Origin: Octopus vulgaris
Lineage: Eukaryota
Direction: 5' to 3'
Assembly: GCA_951406725.2 (NCBI GenBank)
Contig: OX597839.1
Span: forward strand, 15,500,001 to 15,564,000
Length of the DNA: 64,000 bases
Part shown: piece after piece, positions 43,131-57,429 of the stretch
Layout: every line of letters begins with the position of its first letter
Numbering within the stretch: position 1 is the first letter of the stretch
The notes under the pieces: model-generated
Seen by the model: the letters and a program-made list of their open reading frames with translations, nothing else
The model's database searches: none
What the model was told of the DNA's origin: nothing
Program-made: the position numbers and the translations under genes

Positions 43131-44523
43131 AGTAGAACACTAACAGAGTTGGAGGGTGAACTATTTATGATCTTGCTGGTTGCCAGATTTTTAATCGCAG
43201 AATAGGTGGAATTAGACTCCCATCTGTCATTTCAGCCAGTTATGTGTGTCACAGTTTTTAAATGTGTGTAAAGTGAAAAGAAGGAATAACACAGCACAGC
43301 ATTGTTTATGAAGTATATATATTTGTTCTTTAGCAAGTGTGTTAAATCCTGTCAACTCAGTTTGCTGTTTTGGGGTGAAATTAAGAAACTATTATCTTCA
43401 AACTTGATCTAAGTGGTCTTTGCTACTACTTTCCTTATTATCAGACACATCAGAGCAGGATTGGGGAAGCTTTTTAGTACTGGGGTGAATTTCAAATGTG
43501 TAAGAACTCATGGAGAAGCATTTCTATGGAAAAGAAATTTATCTTCAATTTCACAAATTTATAATTGTGTGAATCATATTAACTTACTATTTCAGTCATA
43601 TATATATATATATATATATATAGGTTTCTGCAGACTTTGTCAGCAGACAGTTTAAAATTTGACTGTAAATAAAATCTTGTCTGCAGGCAAGTGATTCTTC
43701 CACTCCTATATTACAGGATTAAAATGTCAACTGGAAGGAAAGAGTTCTTTTAATGTCTACCACCCACACAATGAAATTAAGTTAGAAATATTCACCAAGC
43801 TTTAATATTGTATGTCTGCATCAGAATGAACATTAGTTATACTCTAACTAATATTTATAGAGACAGAAATCCTTCTGAGTTAATGAACCATATAGGGAGG
43901 AAAGAGATCTCAAATGATAAACACTGTAGAAGACAATAACCAGAAGCGAACTACAGTCTGGACAACAGAAAATAAAAGGTCAACTGAACCTTGAAAGAAA
44001 GAAGTAGGACACAGAATACAATTAGATGCCCCAAATTATGGGAAATAGTAACTTTTATTTACACTCATTCTAATATTCCTGTTCCCATCCTATAAAAACT
44101 CAGCTTGTTTAGTCAATAAGGTGTTTGTTGAACCATTTTATGATTGTATTTCTAATGAAATATGTTGTATATTTGTGAGTTCCAATTAATTTTTAATTAA
44201 GAATTTGGTGGTATTTAGTCATTCATGAGAAGGGTAATATTTAGTTTAACTGCTTTACAGTCAGATACCTTTACCATTAAGAGCATGGATGAATGATTCA
44301 ATAGGAAACTGAATATTAATGGACAACTAACAATGAGTTTCTGACAGCAATATTTTGTGGCCATGTATCTACACAAAAATATTTAACTCTTGAAGTGTTC
44401 AGTTTGAGATCAACTTTGTTGTAAACAGTGTCAATACAACTACTTCATTTGCTTCTACTACTGATACCAGCTCATCAAGTATGAGCAAGCAACCTAGCAG
44501 TATAAACAATAAACAATTAGAAT

Positions 44524-45145
44524 TGCAACGTAGACTCAGGTGAAATTCCTCCCTCCCATTTATCATACATACATGCATTCGAATGCAGCAGGGAACAGCT
44601 AGCCTTTGGCTGCTATTTGGATCCCGTTGTGTCCACTACTCTGATTGGTTGGTATTAGCGCAATTTGTCTCTTTCTCTGTTGTGCCAAATTGCCATGTAT
44701 AACCAGTCAGTGGCTCAAAATAGAGTAGTGAACAGGTTGTCCCATGTGATTTATTTAGGGCCTCCAACTGGCCAGCCTCGCCTGGCATGTAAAAAGCACC
44801 CACTGCAGTCACAGAGTGGTTGGCATTAGGAAGGGCATCCAGCTGTAGAAACACTGCCATATCAAACTGGAGCCTGGTGCAGCCTTCTGGCTTCCCAGAT
44901 CCCAGTCGAACTGTCCAACATACTAGCATGGAAAACAGACGTTAAATGATGATGTTGATGAACTGGTTATACATGGCAAGTTGGCATGGCAGAGTAAGAG
45001 ACAAATTGCACCAATACCAACCAATCAGGGGAGTGGACACAATGGGATCCAAACAGTGACCAAAGGCTAGCTGTTCTTTGCTATGTTCAAAAGCACATAT
45101 ATATAATAAATGGGAGAGAGGAATTTCACCTGAGTCTATGCTGCA
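44524..45145. mobile_element. Fold-back/MITE-like element with inverted arms of about 185 bp, interrupted by an RTE 3' fragment (about 44760-44960, +)
   Basis: 44524-44707 is the diverged reverse complement of 44962-45145. Confidence 0.8.
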
Positions 45146-48100
45146 GAATCATTAGAGCAGCAGTCAAAATGCTTCTCAGTTTTTAGTTATAGTCCTTTAC
45201 ATTCTCAATTCAAATCCTCTTGACATCAACATTGTGTTTCCAACTTCCAGGGTCAGTAAAATAAAATGCTAGGTATATATTGTGGTCAATTTATATTCCT
45301 ATAATACATTTAAGATACAACTGGAATTATGATAGAAGACAAGATAAATGTCTCAATTTGAAGAGTATTGAGACTACCATTAGCCAATAATACTGATGGA
45401 CAGGTCACCTATCTATTTCTCTTTAGCTTAACCTCAAGAAACCATAGGACTGATGTTTATCACTGATTTCTATAGTATTATCTGGATGAGACATAAACAT
45501 TTCCATTGATTGAACACGTTTGCAGTATCTACATAGATGAAGCTGAACAAACAAAAGACTCTTTGTGTGGTTGTTCAAATTGCTAGAAACAGCAACCAAA
45601 TCTCCCTTAAGTAATACTGCCTTAAAATATAGAAGGGTCCTTTATATAATGTAGTTCTAGATACTGCCAAAAATATATAAATATATATCAAAGGTTTGCT
45701 CAATCAGGGTTGTTCTTGGGCTATAGTGATAAATATAACAGAACCTCATATAGATCTAGAGGACGCAGTGAAACTAAATGTCACTCTAGCATTTTATGTT
45801 TGAGTTCACCAAACATTTCATCTGCCTTGTTTCTAGATTTTAGGTTCTGTAGGGTGAGGATGATGCAGGTGTTCACAGTTAAGTTGATTTCTATTGACAT
45901 CTTACTCAAATCCAAACGGATGCCATAACTACCTTCAAATGTTATTATAGCCAAGTTTGCTTGTTCATCAGTAGATCATGAGCAGACAGAGTTTAGACTT
46001 TTTTATTATTGAAATCAGTGGTCATCTCTAGATCAGTGGCTCAGCAATAGATCAGTCACACCAGTAATTCAATAGTTCAGTGGCTCACCAGTAAATTAGA
46101 ATCTCAACAGTAGACATTAAAAAAGATACTAAATTCCCTGCTCAATTCTCCTTTCTCGTCTCTAATATTTGCAGGCTCTGATCCAAACTATACTTCACAT
46201 ATCATCACCTACTAACATGTAAACCACACATAATGTCTCTTGCCAAGCCACACTCAACCTTTCTGTAAAGACCACTCTTTTTCCTCAAGCATTACTCTGA
46301 AAGTGGTGTGTGTACAACATGGATACTAATCTCTCTTTCACTCACCTTGATATGAGCAACAAGAACTTCCAGTTCTACCTTTCCCACATTTCTAAATATC
46401 CTTGCTTTCCTTCTACTTCTCTTCTAACTCCTCCAACTACCAACAACTCTCACTCCACTCTAAAGTCATCAGCTATAACTTTAACACTCTTAATTCTTCT
46501 TAGCTCTTCCACTCATCTTATACTGATGCCACAGGTGCAGAAACAATTTTTTATGGTTCTCAACTCTTTACATCAATTAGTTTCATCTTTTGCTGGCATT
46601 TCCAACTGACCTGCAAACACTTAAAACACCTTGAACTTTTCTCACCTCCAGACCCAGCTTGTCAAACCATTGCTGTCCCTACACCTATCAGGACATCCAA
46701 CCACTACCTTAATGCAACAACTACCCACCACACATTAACATATAATGCAATGCTCCCATCTCACCTTTGGACTCTATGACACTTCAATTCAGCTGACTGG
46801 CCAGAGATGCTAACAAACCCTAGCAGCACGTGTACTTTACCTTTTACCCATCAGACACCTAGGCAGGTTACTAAAAACCATCTTTTGGGATATCCCTCCA
46901 CGTCTCACATACCACCAACATACATATGTCCAATTCCCCCAAAATCATTCCTTTACAGCTGCACTAATTCAGTTCATATAACAAATACAGCTTACACTGT
47001 ATAGAAAAAAAGAGGCTCCCCTATAAAGTGAGCAGTTTTTACCAGCACTACAGCTCTTGTAAGACTATCATATTAAACTCAAAGGATGCCTCCATGCATC
47101 ACAGTTCATTAAGCAGTATTTCCAAAGAGAAAGCTTTGCTGTCTGCTTTACATTAATTCTACACTACAAAACACTATGTAAATGTTCTTCAAAACTATCC
47201 CTCTCCAGTTCACTATGTTCACCACCATGTACACATGCGCATTATTTACAAAAATACCTCCTCTTACTTATTACTCACAAACAACGCACATCTAAAGCTA
47301 ACTTTTCTCCTCATTACCCTCCTTCTCTTGCTCTCTCTTTCTCTCTCTCTCTCTCTCTACACACACACATATATATATATATATATAGTTCAAATTTACA
47401 GAAGATGAAGACAGGTGAGGGCACAACAAGCAGGTGTTTTAGTTTGATACTCAGAAAGAAAAATGAACAGACTGTTTCAGTCCCAAGAATGGAAACCTCC
47501 ATTACCTTACCAACAATCATTATATTGCTCTTACTTCCAATAGCTCAAAAGTGATAGTGATAGTTATTAAGAACTACCTTCTGCATCACCTTGAATCCCT
47601 CTTCTACCTTAATTACCACTGGTACAGCTTTTGTAAATCCAGATCCATTGGTCATCTACTCTTCTGTATCACAAACAAAGTAGATCCTCACCTTCTACGA
47701 ATTTGGTGCAAACAATGTCCTTTCACTTGATGTCCACACAGTATTCAACCATATCCAGAACACAAGGCTGTTTACTTCATAGTATGGCAGTTTATATTAT
47801 TATAATATTATTAAGTTTCTTAAAACAAGAATATTTCTGTGTGGCTGTTTTTAATATATTATGTTTGGAAAAAGGGTATACTGGTCAGATAAGATGTTCC
47901 AAGGAATGTAGGCACATCTGTGTGGTTAAGAAATTTGCTTTGCAGCTACATGATTGTTTCTAGTTTGTTTTCACTGCACAGCATTTTAATCTTGTGTCAT
48001 CTATCATGTAGTTGATCAAAGACTAGTAAATAAAACTTTGTGGATGGAAACTGCATGGAAGTTCCTGTTTTAAGGTTATCAATTTAGTCTATTGCCTTGT

Positions 48101-48476
48101 TTAATACCACCACCTGACCCTTTTATGCCTTTAGTGGAGTCTACTCTGTTGCAGCATTTGAGCCTGATCTGAAAACAACCTCTTCCAATCAATCTTAGAA
48201 GTCCTGAAAGTGTCATGGGTAGCGCCCTGACTAAACCATAAAAAATTTTCTAAATCATCATAGAATGTTACTTGCAACACACTGGTGACATATCTAGGGC
48301 AAAATTTATACCATTTGTATTAAATGCAACAGCTCTTAATATAATCTAGACTCTTAATAAAGCTCTTGGTGATTTATTTTCATAGCATGGTTCCCAAAAG
48401 CAAGCCCCCTGATAGAAGACCAATATATTTCCCATTTGCTAGTAAAATTTTTTGTGATGTTTTATTTTCTTGTCAG

Positions 48477-48581
48477 TCCATTGATAAACAGACTTCAGAA
48501 GAAGTATAAGCGTATCTGTGAAGAAATAGATCTGGAGAATAATCTCAAAATCAAAATCAGAGAAATGCTTGATGATTCTAG
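48477..48581 (+). CDS. CFAP74: CFAP74-like coding exon 4 (105 nt)
   Basis: TTCTTGTCAG|..AG|GTAAGT. Encodes PLINRLQKKYKRICEEIDLENNLKIKIREMLDDS, similar to human VGRLQAVSRRLFAELENERDL as I recall it. Confidence 0.85.
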
Positions 48582-50249
48582 GTAAGTAAATTAACTTATT
48601 TAAGTGAAGTGGATTTACTTCAGTAAGGTGCAGGCATGGTTGTGTGGTCAGCAAGTTCACTTCACAATTACATGGTTCTACATTTGATGTCACAATGCAG
48701 CACCTTGAGCATCTATCATACTCAGACTGACTAATGTCTTGTGAGTGGAATTTGGTTGATGAAAACTGTGTGGAAGCCTATGATATGTATAAAAAAGTGT
48801 GTGTTTGTGTATGTCAGTGAAATGTAAAAGCAAAATTGCTGAGAAACTGAAAATAACCAGTGCTTTAGAAGTACTTTGAAGTATTTGTTCTGCATTGAAA
48901 CACTCCCTTTTTTTTTCATCGGTTGCACTGTAAACCAATGACTGGCCCATTGGAAACTTGTAACTAATGATGCTGTTATTAAAACCGATAAAATTATATT
49001 TAAAAAGGTAGAAGAAACTGAAAACAGTTGATAAACTTAATTTATTGGAAACCTTATTTCTTGTTCCAGACATATGCCACTCTTCTCAGTTCACCTATAA
49101 CAGCATGAAGTGAATTTATTTCAGTCAGGGATTGAAATCTAATCACTAGCATGATTCACTGGGAGCCTGTTTCTTTATCATTTTTACCACCCTTTTATTA
49201 TCATAATGATAACATGTGTGACTGTTTGCAATATATATAAAAAAAAAAAAGATATGGTACAAGCAATAAAGTAAGCAAAGTTGTGATTTCACAATGTTTT
49301 CAAACAATTTCTTAGGGTGGGGGCATTGTTTTTTTTAGTCATTTTGTGAATTTTTGCTTTATTGGGAGGACTCACTGAGATGTTTTGGTTATTTATTTTA
49401 TGTATGTTTTCTTCAGTTTCACACTGGTCAACAAACTCTGTATCAAAGCTTCAGTTGTATTTCAACATATGTCAAGCACATATGATGTCACACATCCACA
49501 CAGTTTAGTATTACACACATAAGTTATAAATAGTGTTCTCTGTAATTTGTCATGGTCTGTGTGCACAAAAATGCTTTAGTGTGCACATTTTCCCTCAGCA
49601 AAACAATATTATGTGTACACTAGATTCCTAAATACACAAAACTTGAAATTATTCAGATAATTTAAGTATATCACACAAGAATTCATAGACCACTTTAAAG
49701 TTTGAAGACAGAACTAATGTAGAACTATAGTTACTGTATGTGAAGTAAATTTCATCTAGTACTACAACTGAAGAAGCTGGTGTGTAGTTGCCACACTATT
49801 ATAAAGCAATAGATTGATTAAACGTCTGTATATATCATTTGAGTTATTGTTAATACAATTATAATTTTCCAGATTACTAACCTCATATTTAAGCACGGAA
49901 AGTGTTTTAGTGTTTACATCTACCCTATGCTTGAAATGGTTTGATCTCTGATCTTCAATTGTATTAATCCTGGATTTGCACACAAGTACCAAGCATAATT
50001 CTCACTCAGAGCTTTTATTTCTAAACCTAGAGTAGTAACATTCTCATCCAACATGCTCACTGATATTTATATGTGTCAGTGGCATATTGGATTAAAGCTC
50101 TGAGTAATAGTCTTGTTTTGGTTCTCTAGTACAAATTCAAGAATAAGACACTTCGTGATGATCAGTGGTCAAACTAATCAAACAAAATGAAGTGTAGATA
50201 TAAATATTGTGATATTTGTGTTAGAACTACAGTGCTGTATAGTAGTGAG

Positions 50250-51700
50250 GCACACCATGTATGAACATTTCTCTGATGGCATCAGGATCTATCTTTTTTC
50301 CTTATTTATTAATACTTTAGTCTTAGCTAAGTTTACTTTTCCCTACCTAGAATTTGTTTTCAGATTCTACTACCAATTCAGCTATAAGAACTAAGTCCTC
50401 TGCATAGAGGAGTTCCTAATGACAGCTAGTCTTAAACTTCTCTTTTATGACTTGGAGGACTATAGTGAACAGAAGGGGTATGAAGACTGAGCCTTGATGT
50501 ACTCCTATCAAGCTGAATTCATCACTATACTCTTTACTAAATTGCTAACTGCACCTCTATACATGGCTTAAACAGCTCTCACAAGCCAGTCATCTAGCTT
50601 TCTCAGTGACCACCAGACCATAGAGCATGGAACCCTGTCAAAGGCCTTCTCTAAATCAACAAAGACCAGTTACAGGGGCTTGCTTCTGGCTAGATACTCC
50701 TTCAGTGGTCTTGCTAGAAAGATGACATCAATAATACATCTTTCTGGCACAAAAACCAAACTGCATCACATCTATAATTCTTTCAGTAACTTTCATAATG
50801 TGATCTAACAGTTTTCTCTGTTGTTTTCTTTCTCTAGCACTTCCCTTTTACCCTTGAAGCTGTTAACAACAAATGATATTGCTACACCAGTCATTGAGTA
50901 TGGCATCCCACTTGATTAACTGAGTGGCTAACCAGAAATTTTAAGCATTTCAGTTGTGATTCCTGTTGGACTAGGTGCCTTCTCTGCTTTCATCTTCTTA
51001 ACCATTCTATCCACCATACTGCTGTCAATGGATATGGCTGATCCTCTTTTAGGTCTACCTGCAGTAGACCCTCTTTCTCTCATGACTTCTCCTCACACAA
51101 CAGCCTCTCACAATAACACGTCTATACCTCTTTCTTTTCAGCATCCATAAGATCAAGAGTGTTGTTGTTATTCTACACACACTGCTATGCAATGACTTTT
51201 CTCTTACATACTATCTTGCAATCCAGAATACTTCACATCTCTATCCTCATGTCTTGCAAAATTAGCAAATTTCTTACTGTCAACATCTTTCCTAAGTGCA
51301 TTTCATGTTTAGCCTCCCTTTTTGCTACTTGACATTGCTTTTTGCTGCCCTGCTTCTTCAATCTTTCCAAGTTTATCTCTTAGCCTTTATAGCTCTATAT
51401 GCTATTCCATCACCTTATTAAGCTCAATTTGGCAGGGATCTTGCACCAACCTCAGGTTTGATCTGTTGCTTTCAGTAGGTTTTCTTCCATGTTATCATTT
51501 TTCTATCTTCTCTGCCTTGTCATAGGTGTATGGTTAATTCTATGTTCTTCTCCAAATAGCCTTCTGTCACTGATCAGCTGGCTTGCTGGTTACTTGAAGT
51601 TGGTGTTGAAAATGGTAGTCATTTGTGTCAAAATACACTAAGAACCTTGATCCCACTTCATTTCCTCTACCATAGCATAGCCGCCATGTATGTCATAGAA
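50250..51700 (-). mobile_element. Ancient degraded RTE LINE
   Basis: Recognisable remnants (AATGACTGGTGTAGC, AAGGCCTTTGACAGGGTTCC, TAGCTAAGACTAAAGT on -) with no ORF left. Confidence 0.7.
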
Positions 51701-51862
51701 GCCTGAGCATTGAATTGGCCAGCTGAGGTCTCCTACTTCAGCATTATGTGTTAATTGGTGTGAAACAAAAGAATATCAAGAAATTTTGCAAAATTATTTC
51801 TTTTCACTTGCTGTTAACAAAAGTTTATATCACAATGGTTTAACGTAACTTAAATTTTACAG

Positions 51863-52033
51863 AAAGTCTGTGGTTTCAGCAGAATTGAGGAGGAACGAGT
51901 TTGTACATGACAAGCAGTTTTTACTTGAAGATATAGATATACTGCCAAACCAGGCTGAGAAAACACAGATTAATCTTTACATTGAAGAGCAAAAGGCACA
52001 AAGAGCAAAGAAAGCCAAAGAGAAAAAACTACA
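51863..52033 (+). CDS. CFAP74: CFAP74-like coding exon 5 (171 nt)
   Basis: TTTTACAG|..CA|GTGAGT. Open in the expected phase (KSVVSAELRRNEF..KAKEKKL). Confidence 0.8.
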
Positions 52034-53899
52034 GTGAGTATTTTTTTTTCCTTTACTTTTTTTTTATTTCAATTAATAGATTGTATCCTTTTTTTGGGCA
52101 ACACCTTCAAGGATTAAGTTGATTATATTGACCCCAGTACTTATTTAAGACTGGTATTAATTTTATTGATCTCTATTTGTCAAACTGCTACCTTCTGTCA
52201 TATAAAAGAATTAGATATCTGTTCAGGTTACGATGCTGTTTGGTTGAATCTAAAATGATGTGATTACTTTGTGAATGTCTTACCCACACAGCTTTGCATA
52301 CTGATGAAAATAGTTTCTTTTTATTTAACATAAAGAATAGTGAAATTTACATTTGAGATTTCCAAAATACTTTTGTGAATATTCACATTGGTTTTCAGGC
52401 TGGCATAGGTTGGGTGAGTTGTTACTGTACAGGTCAGTTCTTATTCAGAGTTACTACTCCTCCCTACCCCCAGGTGAGTTACAGACCATGTCAAATTCAT
52501 ATAATCCAATTTTGCCCTGGCTTCTCCTTTTAAATGCAAACCATCTTAAAAAGTGCAGTGGTGCACCAGCACTGGAAAAGTTCCTTTGGCAAGACTAAGA
52601 AGTCCTCTCTACCCTACGTTGTCTCTGCTTATTTGCCAACCACTTTGCAGAGGGTCCCCAGGTGCATTTTATGACAGCGCCAGCACTGGAGAGGTTATTT
52701 TATCTCTGACAAGACTGTAGAGTCTTCTCTTTTTCTAAGTTGTCTCAGGTTTTTCAAGGAACCAGGATTAAGAGGATAACAGAAGAAAGAATGACAAAGG
52801 AAAGAAACTGAGGGGGTGATAGGGGAGATGGTAATGAGAGAGTGAGGCAAAGAGTCACGTATATAAGAAATAAGTGATGAAGAGATCAATGTGAGAGAGA
52901 GAGAGAGAGAATGATGGTAGGAGAGAAAGGGAGAGAGGAAGAGTGATTGGTGTCAGAGAGTAATAAAGGAGAGAGTAACAGAAGAGAGCAATAAAGAAAG
53001 GCAATGGTAGTAGGAACTGCATTCAAACATATCCAAGATCTTCTTTCATTCCACAGATGATGTGATAAGAGAGAATGATGGTAGATGTGATTGAATATGA
53101 ATTGATCCAAATCTTAGACTTGACACTACCATTATTTTAACATTCATTCATTAGCTATTTTTGAATAGGTGAGCAAGTTTTCTCCAGCACTGTAGATTGC
53201 CACTTTTCATGATCTTTTGTCATTTCCATGGAGATATTTACCATGTAGTATTCACTATTTTGTCCCAAGTCTTCCTAGGTCTCCCTCTTGCATAGATTCC
53301 ATCCACTTGGAGCCCTTGGCACTTCTTTATGCAGCTGACACACTCCATATACATCACATTACCATACCTGTACAGTTGTCATTCTGGCATATTACATGTG
53401 ATTCCTGTTTTACTATTTTATCCAGTTTTTTTCTCTAAGCTTATTTGTGCTTAATCAAGCACTTTTCATTTTTTCCTAATCTTTATAAATCCTCTGTATT
53501 CAAGGCCCATGTTTTGCTACCATGCAGAATCACATGAAAGTCTGCTTCTCTGTACATGACACAACAGAAATGATATTAAGACATTTTTCAGCTTATTCAT
53601 TAACTGTGGGCCACATAAAAGGCACCCAACCAACTCTGTAAAGTGGCTGGTATTAGGAAGGGCATCCACCTGTAAAAACCATGCCAGAACAGACCTCACC
53701 AGTGCTGGTGCCACATAAAAAGCATCCAGTCCATTCTATAAAGTGGTAGGCAATAGGAAGATCATCCAGTCCTAAAAACCATTCCAAAACAGTGGAGCTT
53801 GGTGCAGTCCTCTGGCATTGCCAATTTTTTCGGGAATAGCTTGATGTATTGGTGAACAATCAATGACATTGGAGAGCATAAAGATTAAAATTGCAGTTG

Positions 53900-54580
53900 A
53901 GAAAAATTTAGCTGACACAGAGGACTAGAAATCATCTAAATATGGGTAAAGAATTACCTGTATCATGATGACTCGCACTGGGTGTCAAAATGCTGACACT
54001 ATGATTGCTTCTCAATACTCTCTGAACTCTGTAAAGGCTATAAGATGTGACATGGATGGCTACAATGGAGACTAGGAAGGTATGGCCAACAGGAAGGGAC
54101 ACAGCAGGTGTTCTGACTGTGTCTACACAACAGAATTCATCCAACAATGGAAGGCCATATGTGTGACAGCAGGATTCAGTTCCTTGTCCAGAAAGAGTCA
54201 GTTGTCAGAATTTTTATGACTTTGCCAGCCCCAGTTTCTAGCCACTTTATTCCCCCAATTATAATCCCGTGGACTACTACATGTGGGACACAGTTGAGAA
54301 AGACACTAATTGCTCTGTCTGCAACACCAAGGCCAAGCTGGTGGCCAAGATCAAAGAGGTGTTTGAAGATTTTCTCAAGAACACAATGAAGAATGTATAC
54401 ACCAAGTTGCAAAGCCTTCTTGAGGCTTTGGTGGAAGCTGAGAGTGGCTACTGTTATCTCCCAGCCATAATCTAGTTGATTTTTTTTTTTTTGATTTTTT
54501 AAAATACTTTTATTTGTGAATGGAATATTATGTTTTCTTTTCCTTTTATGCAAACTATCAAATTGATCCTAAACACCCTA
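53900..54580 (+). mobile_element. Degraded Tc1/mariner transposon, 3' part
   Basis: SPNYNPVDYYMWDTVE..AKLVAKIKEVF..LEALVEAESG remnant. Ends ACACCCTATA. Same family as 58760-59651. Confidence 0.7.
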
Positions 54581-56689
54581 TAATAGCAAACAATCCTTAG
54601 TGTTACAAAAATCATGCACTGAGATTCTCAGAAAATAAGCATTGGGTGTGCCATTGACATTTTTATCCCTGAAGGAAGTATTACAATCATATGATGAGCT
54701 CATTGTTTGGTTGATGAAATCCTATAATTAACCAGTCAAGTTCACATTGTTGGCATGTATATTAGCTTGTGGTGTTTTGATGTTATATTTTCTATTAAAT
54801 AAATCATTTGTATTTGGAATTGCTGTTCTCACTTTGAAATAGCAGAGTCTCATTTTGAAATCATGAATCTCACTTTGAATCGACAGTTTCATTTGAAAAT
54901 GACAGGTATTCATTTAGAATTGCAAATACTAGAGGAAGTGTGATATTGGTTTTCTCAATTATCATCCTATATGCTGAACTTGTTGGTGATATTATAATCA
55001 TATACCTTATTATGAAAGAATCATGAAAAGTTATCAAATAGTTGAACTGAAAATGTTAAAAAACATTTTCAGAAGTGTTTCAATTTGACTGTGTGTAGTT
55101 GCACATTTTTGTAAATGTGTGATATTTTTGGAAATTATAATTGGACATGTTTCTTAAGTGTAAGGAAGTAGAAATATGTCAAGTGAGTATGTATGTTTCT
55201 GAAGATTTTGAGAAATGTGTTGCTGTTCATTTTTGTTGCATACATTGAAAGCATGTGAAGTTCTAGACTTTGTCAAGAAACCAACATTTGATCAGACCCA
55301 AACTAATATGTCCTGTATGTATGGGTGTTGCTAGAGAAATATAAATATATATTGTACAAGTATTCATGTTATTAATGTGATACTCCTAAGACCAAACAAT
55401 TTATAACAGATGAGATCAAGTTTTAATTCTTATAATTAAATGAAATAAAGTTCTTCAATTCATGTATGTGTGTGTGTGTGTGTGTGTAAGTGTTTGTGAA
55501 TGTATGTATACAAACAGAAGATGTAGGAGAGGAAAACTTGGTGAGAGGGAAAAAGAAAAGGAAAGAAAATGTGGCTAACAAGCCGGACAGCCTTGAAATG
55601 AAGAAAAAATTAGAGTGCTAAAGAATAAAGGAGGAATTACTGTAAGAAGAGTGGGTGAAGAAACAGAAGGGAAAATGTTAACTTAAACTCATTGGTGTCA
55701 TGTCTGAGTTTTAATATGATGCAGTGAGCCTTTAGTGTGAAGAGCCATAGTGTGCAGAGATGTGTTGACCTTGCATACATAGTATCATCATCATCATCAT
55801 GGCTGAATCTACTGTACCATTTCACCAACGTATCATCTTCCATCTGGCTGGAACATTATTCCATCTGAACACCAGGTCTGTGTCATGCAGCAGGTTGTCT
55901 CATAGAAGCTCTGAGTTGGTTTTTTTCTCCTCCTCCTTCTCATAGGTATCAACTAGTTTTTCTTTGAATGTATATCTAAGAGTTCTGTCATACTCCATAC
56001 CTTTGTTCTCCAGACTGTATGGTGACTAACTCCTTATACCTCTTACTCTGATGTTACTAATTACAAGTCTAGCAAGTGACATATTCTTCACCTGGGAAAG
56101 ATTTAGTATTCACAACTAGCTGTCTGTCTATCAGGATTCCTTATGAGTATGAAGACTACCTGATCTGCATTTTCATCTGACTGGCAGGTCATGTAGTGGA
56201 TGCCAGGTTTTCTGAAGCTAGTACTGCAAATGTTTATTTGCATAGCAGCATTCCAAGAAACTTGATCCCTCTTCATGTGTGTGTAATCATGGTAGTTGCA
56301 GTGATGAACTAGATTGCAGAATAGGCAAGCCTCCTCAACATTCAGAAAATTGAGAGAGCAACTTTGGAACAACAAGTATGTGTTTAGTCTAAGTATTATC
56401 CACCCTATTATGTGGATTAAAATCATTGAAGATATATGCTAGACAAAAATACCACATGCATTCATGATGAGACACTTGAAAATCTTATAAAAAGACAAGG
56501 TCTCCATTCAAGCATGTTTTTTTTTTTTGTTTTTGTTCCCCCCCCTCTACTAACCATTCAACCTCTGCACCAAACTGGATGTAATTTTAACCACTTTAGC
56601 AAGCAACAGCTAGTTTCTTTTACCATTCACCAGTGTTTTGTTCTTTACCCTTTTGTCTTTGTCTTGTACACTCATCTGCCATATGATGA

Positions 56690-57350
56690 TAAGTAACAAA
56701 AGCTATCAACTATTTCTTGTGAACCATTTGGACACTTAAAAAAGTCTATTTCCAGTGTGCTCTTGTACATATTGCTCAAGTGCACCTGCCATACACACAG
56801 CTTGCCTTCTCTGTTAATCTCTCTGCTAATATGTCTTACACTGAGTACAGTATATGGAGTTTATTCCTACTCCTTTATCTGCACATTGAGCAAGGCTATT
56901 TCTCTAGCAACACTAGAATCCATTTCTTATTTACTAATGCTTTAATCTTAGCTGAGTTTACTTTGAGATTTCTCAAGTCTAGGTTTTGCTTGTATTCTTG
57001 AAATTTCTTTTCTGATTCCACTGTCAGTATATACATGTTTTCACAGACAGCCTTAAACTCCTTTGTGATGGCCTATAGGACTGTTATGATTAGGAGAGGG
57101 CTGAGTACTATTAAGCCTTGATGGACCTCTACCATCACACTAAATTTGTCTCTGAATTCATTGTTTCCATTCACTTTAATTACTGCAACTTTGTACATAG
57201 CATGTACAGCCTCACAAGCCATCCACCAACACCCAGTTTCCTTAGTGACCACCAGATTACAAGAGCATGGCACTTTGTTAAAAACTTTCTTCTAGTCAAC
57301 AAATGGCAGGCACAGTGGTTTACTCTTAGCTAAGTATTTCTCTTGAAGTT
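56690..57350 (-). mobile_element. Ancient degraded RTE RT fragment
   Basis: ORF 57073..57273 VEVHQG..LSPLLIITVL. Confidence 0.65.
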
Positions 57351-57429
57351 GTCTTAGTAGGAAGATTGCATGCATGTATGTATGTTTATATGTAGGTTTT
57401 TCTGGAATAACTGGATTTTTTTACTACAT

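Noticed and set aside
46180-47470. Pyrimidine-skewed region and a short PLE-like terminus at about 47385-47460 (-)
   Set aside because: Probably decayed Penelope-like DNA, but too degenerate to define boundaries or motifs
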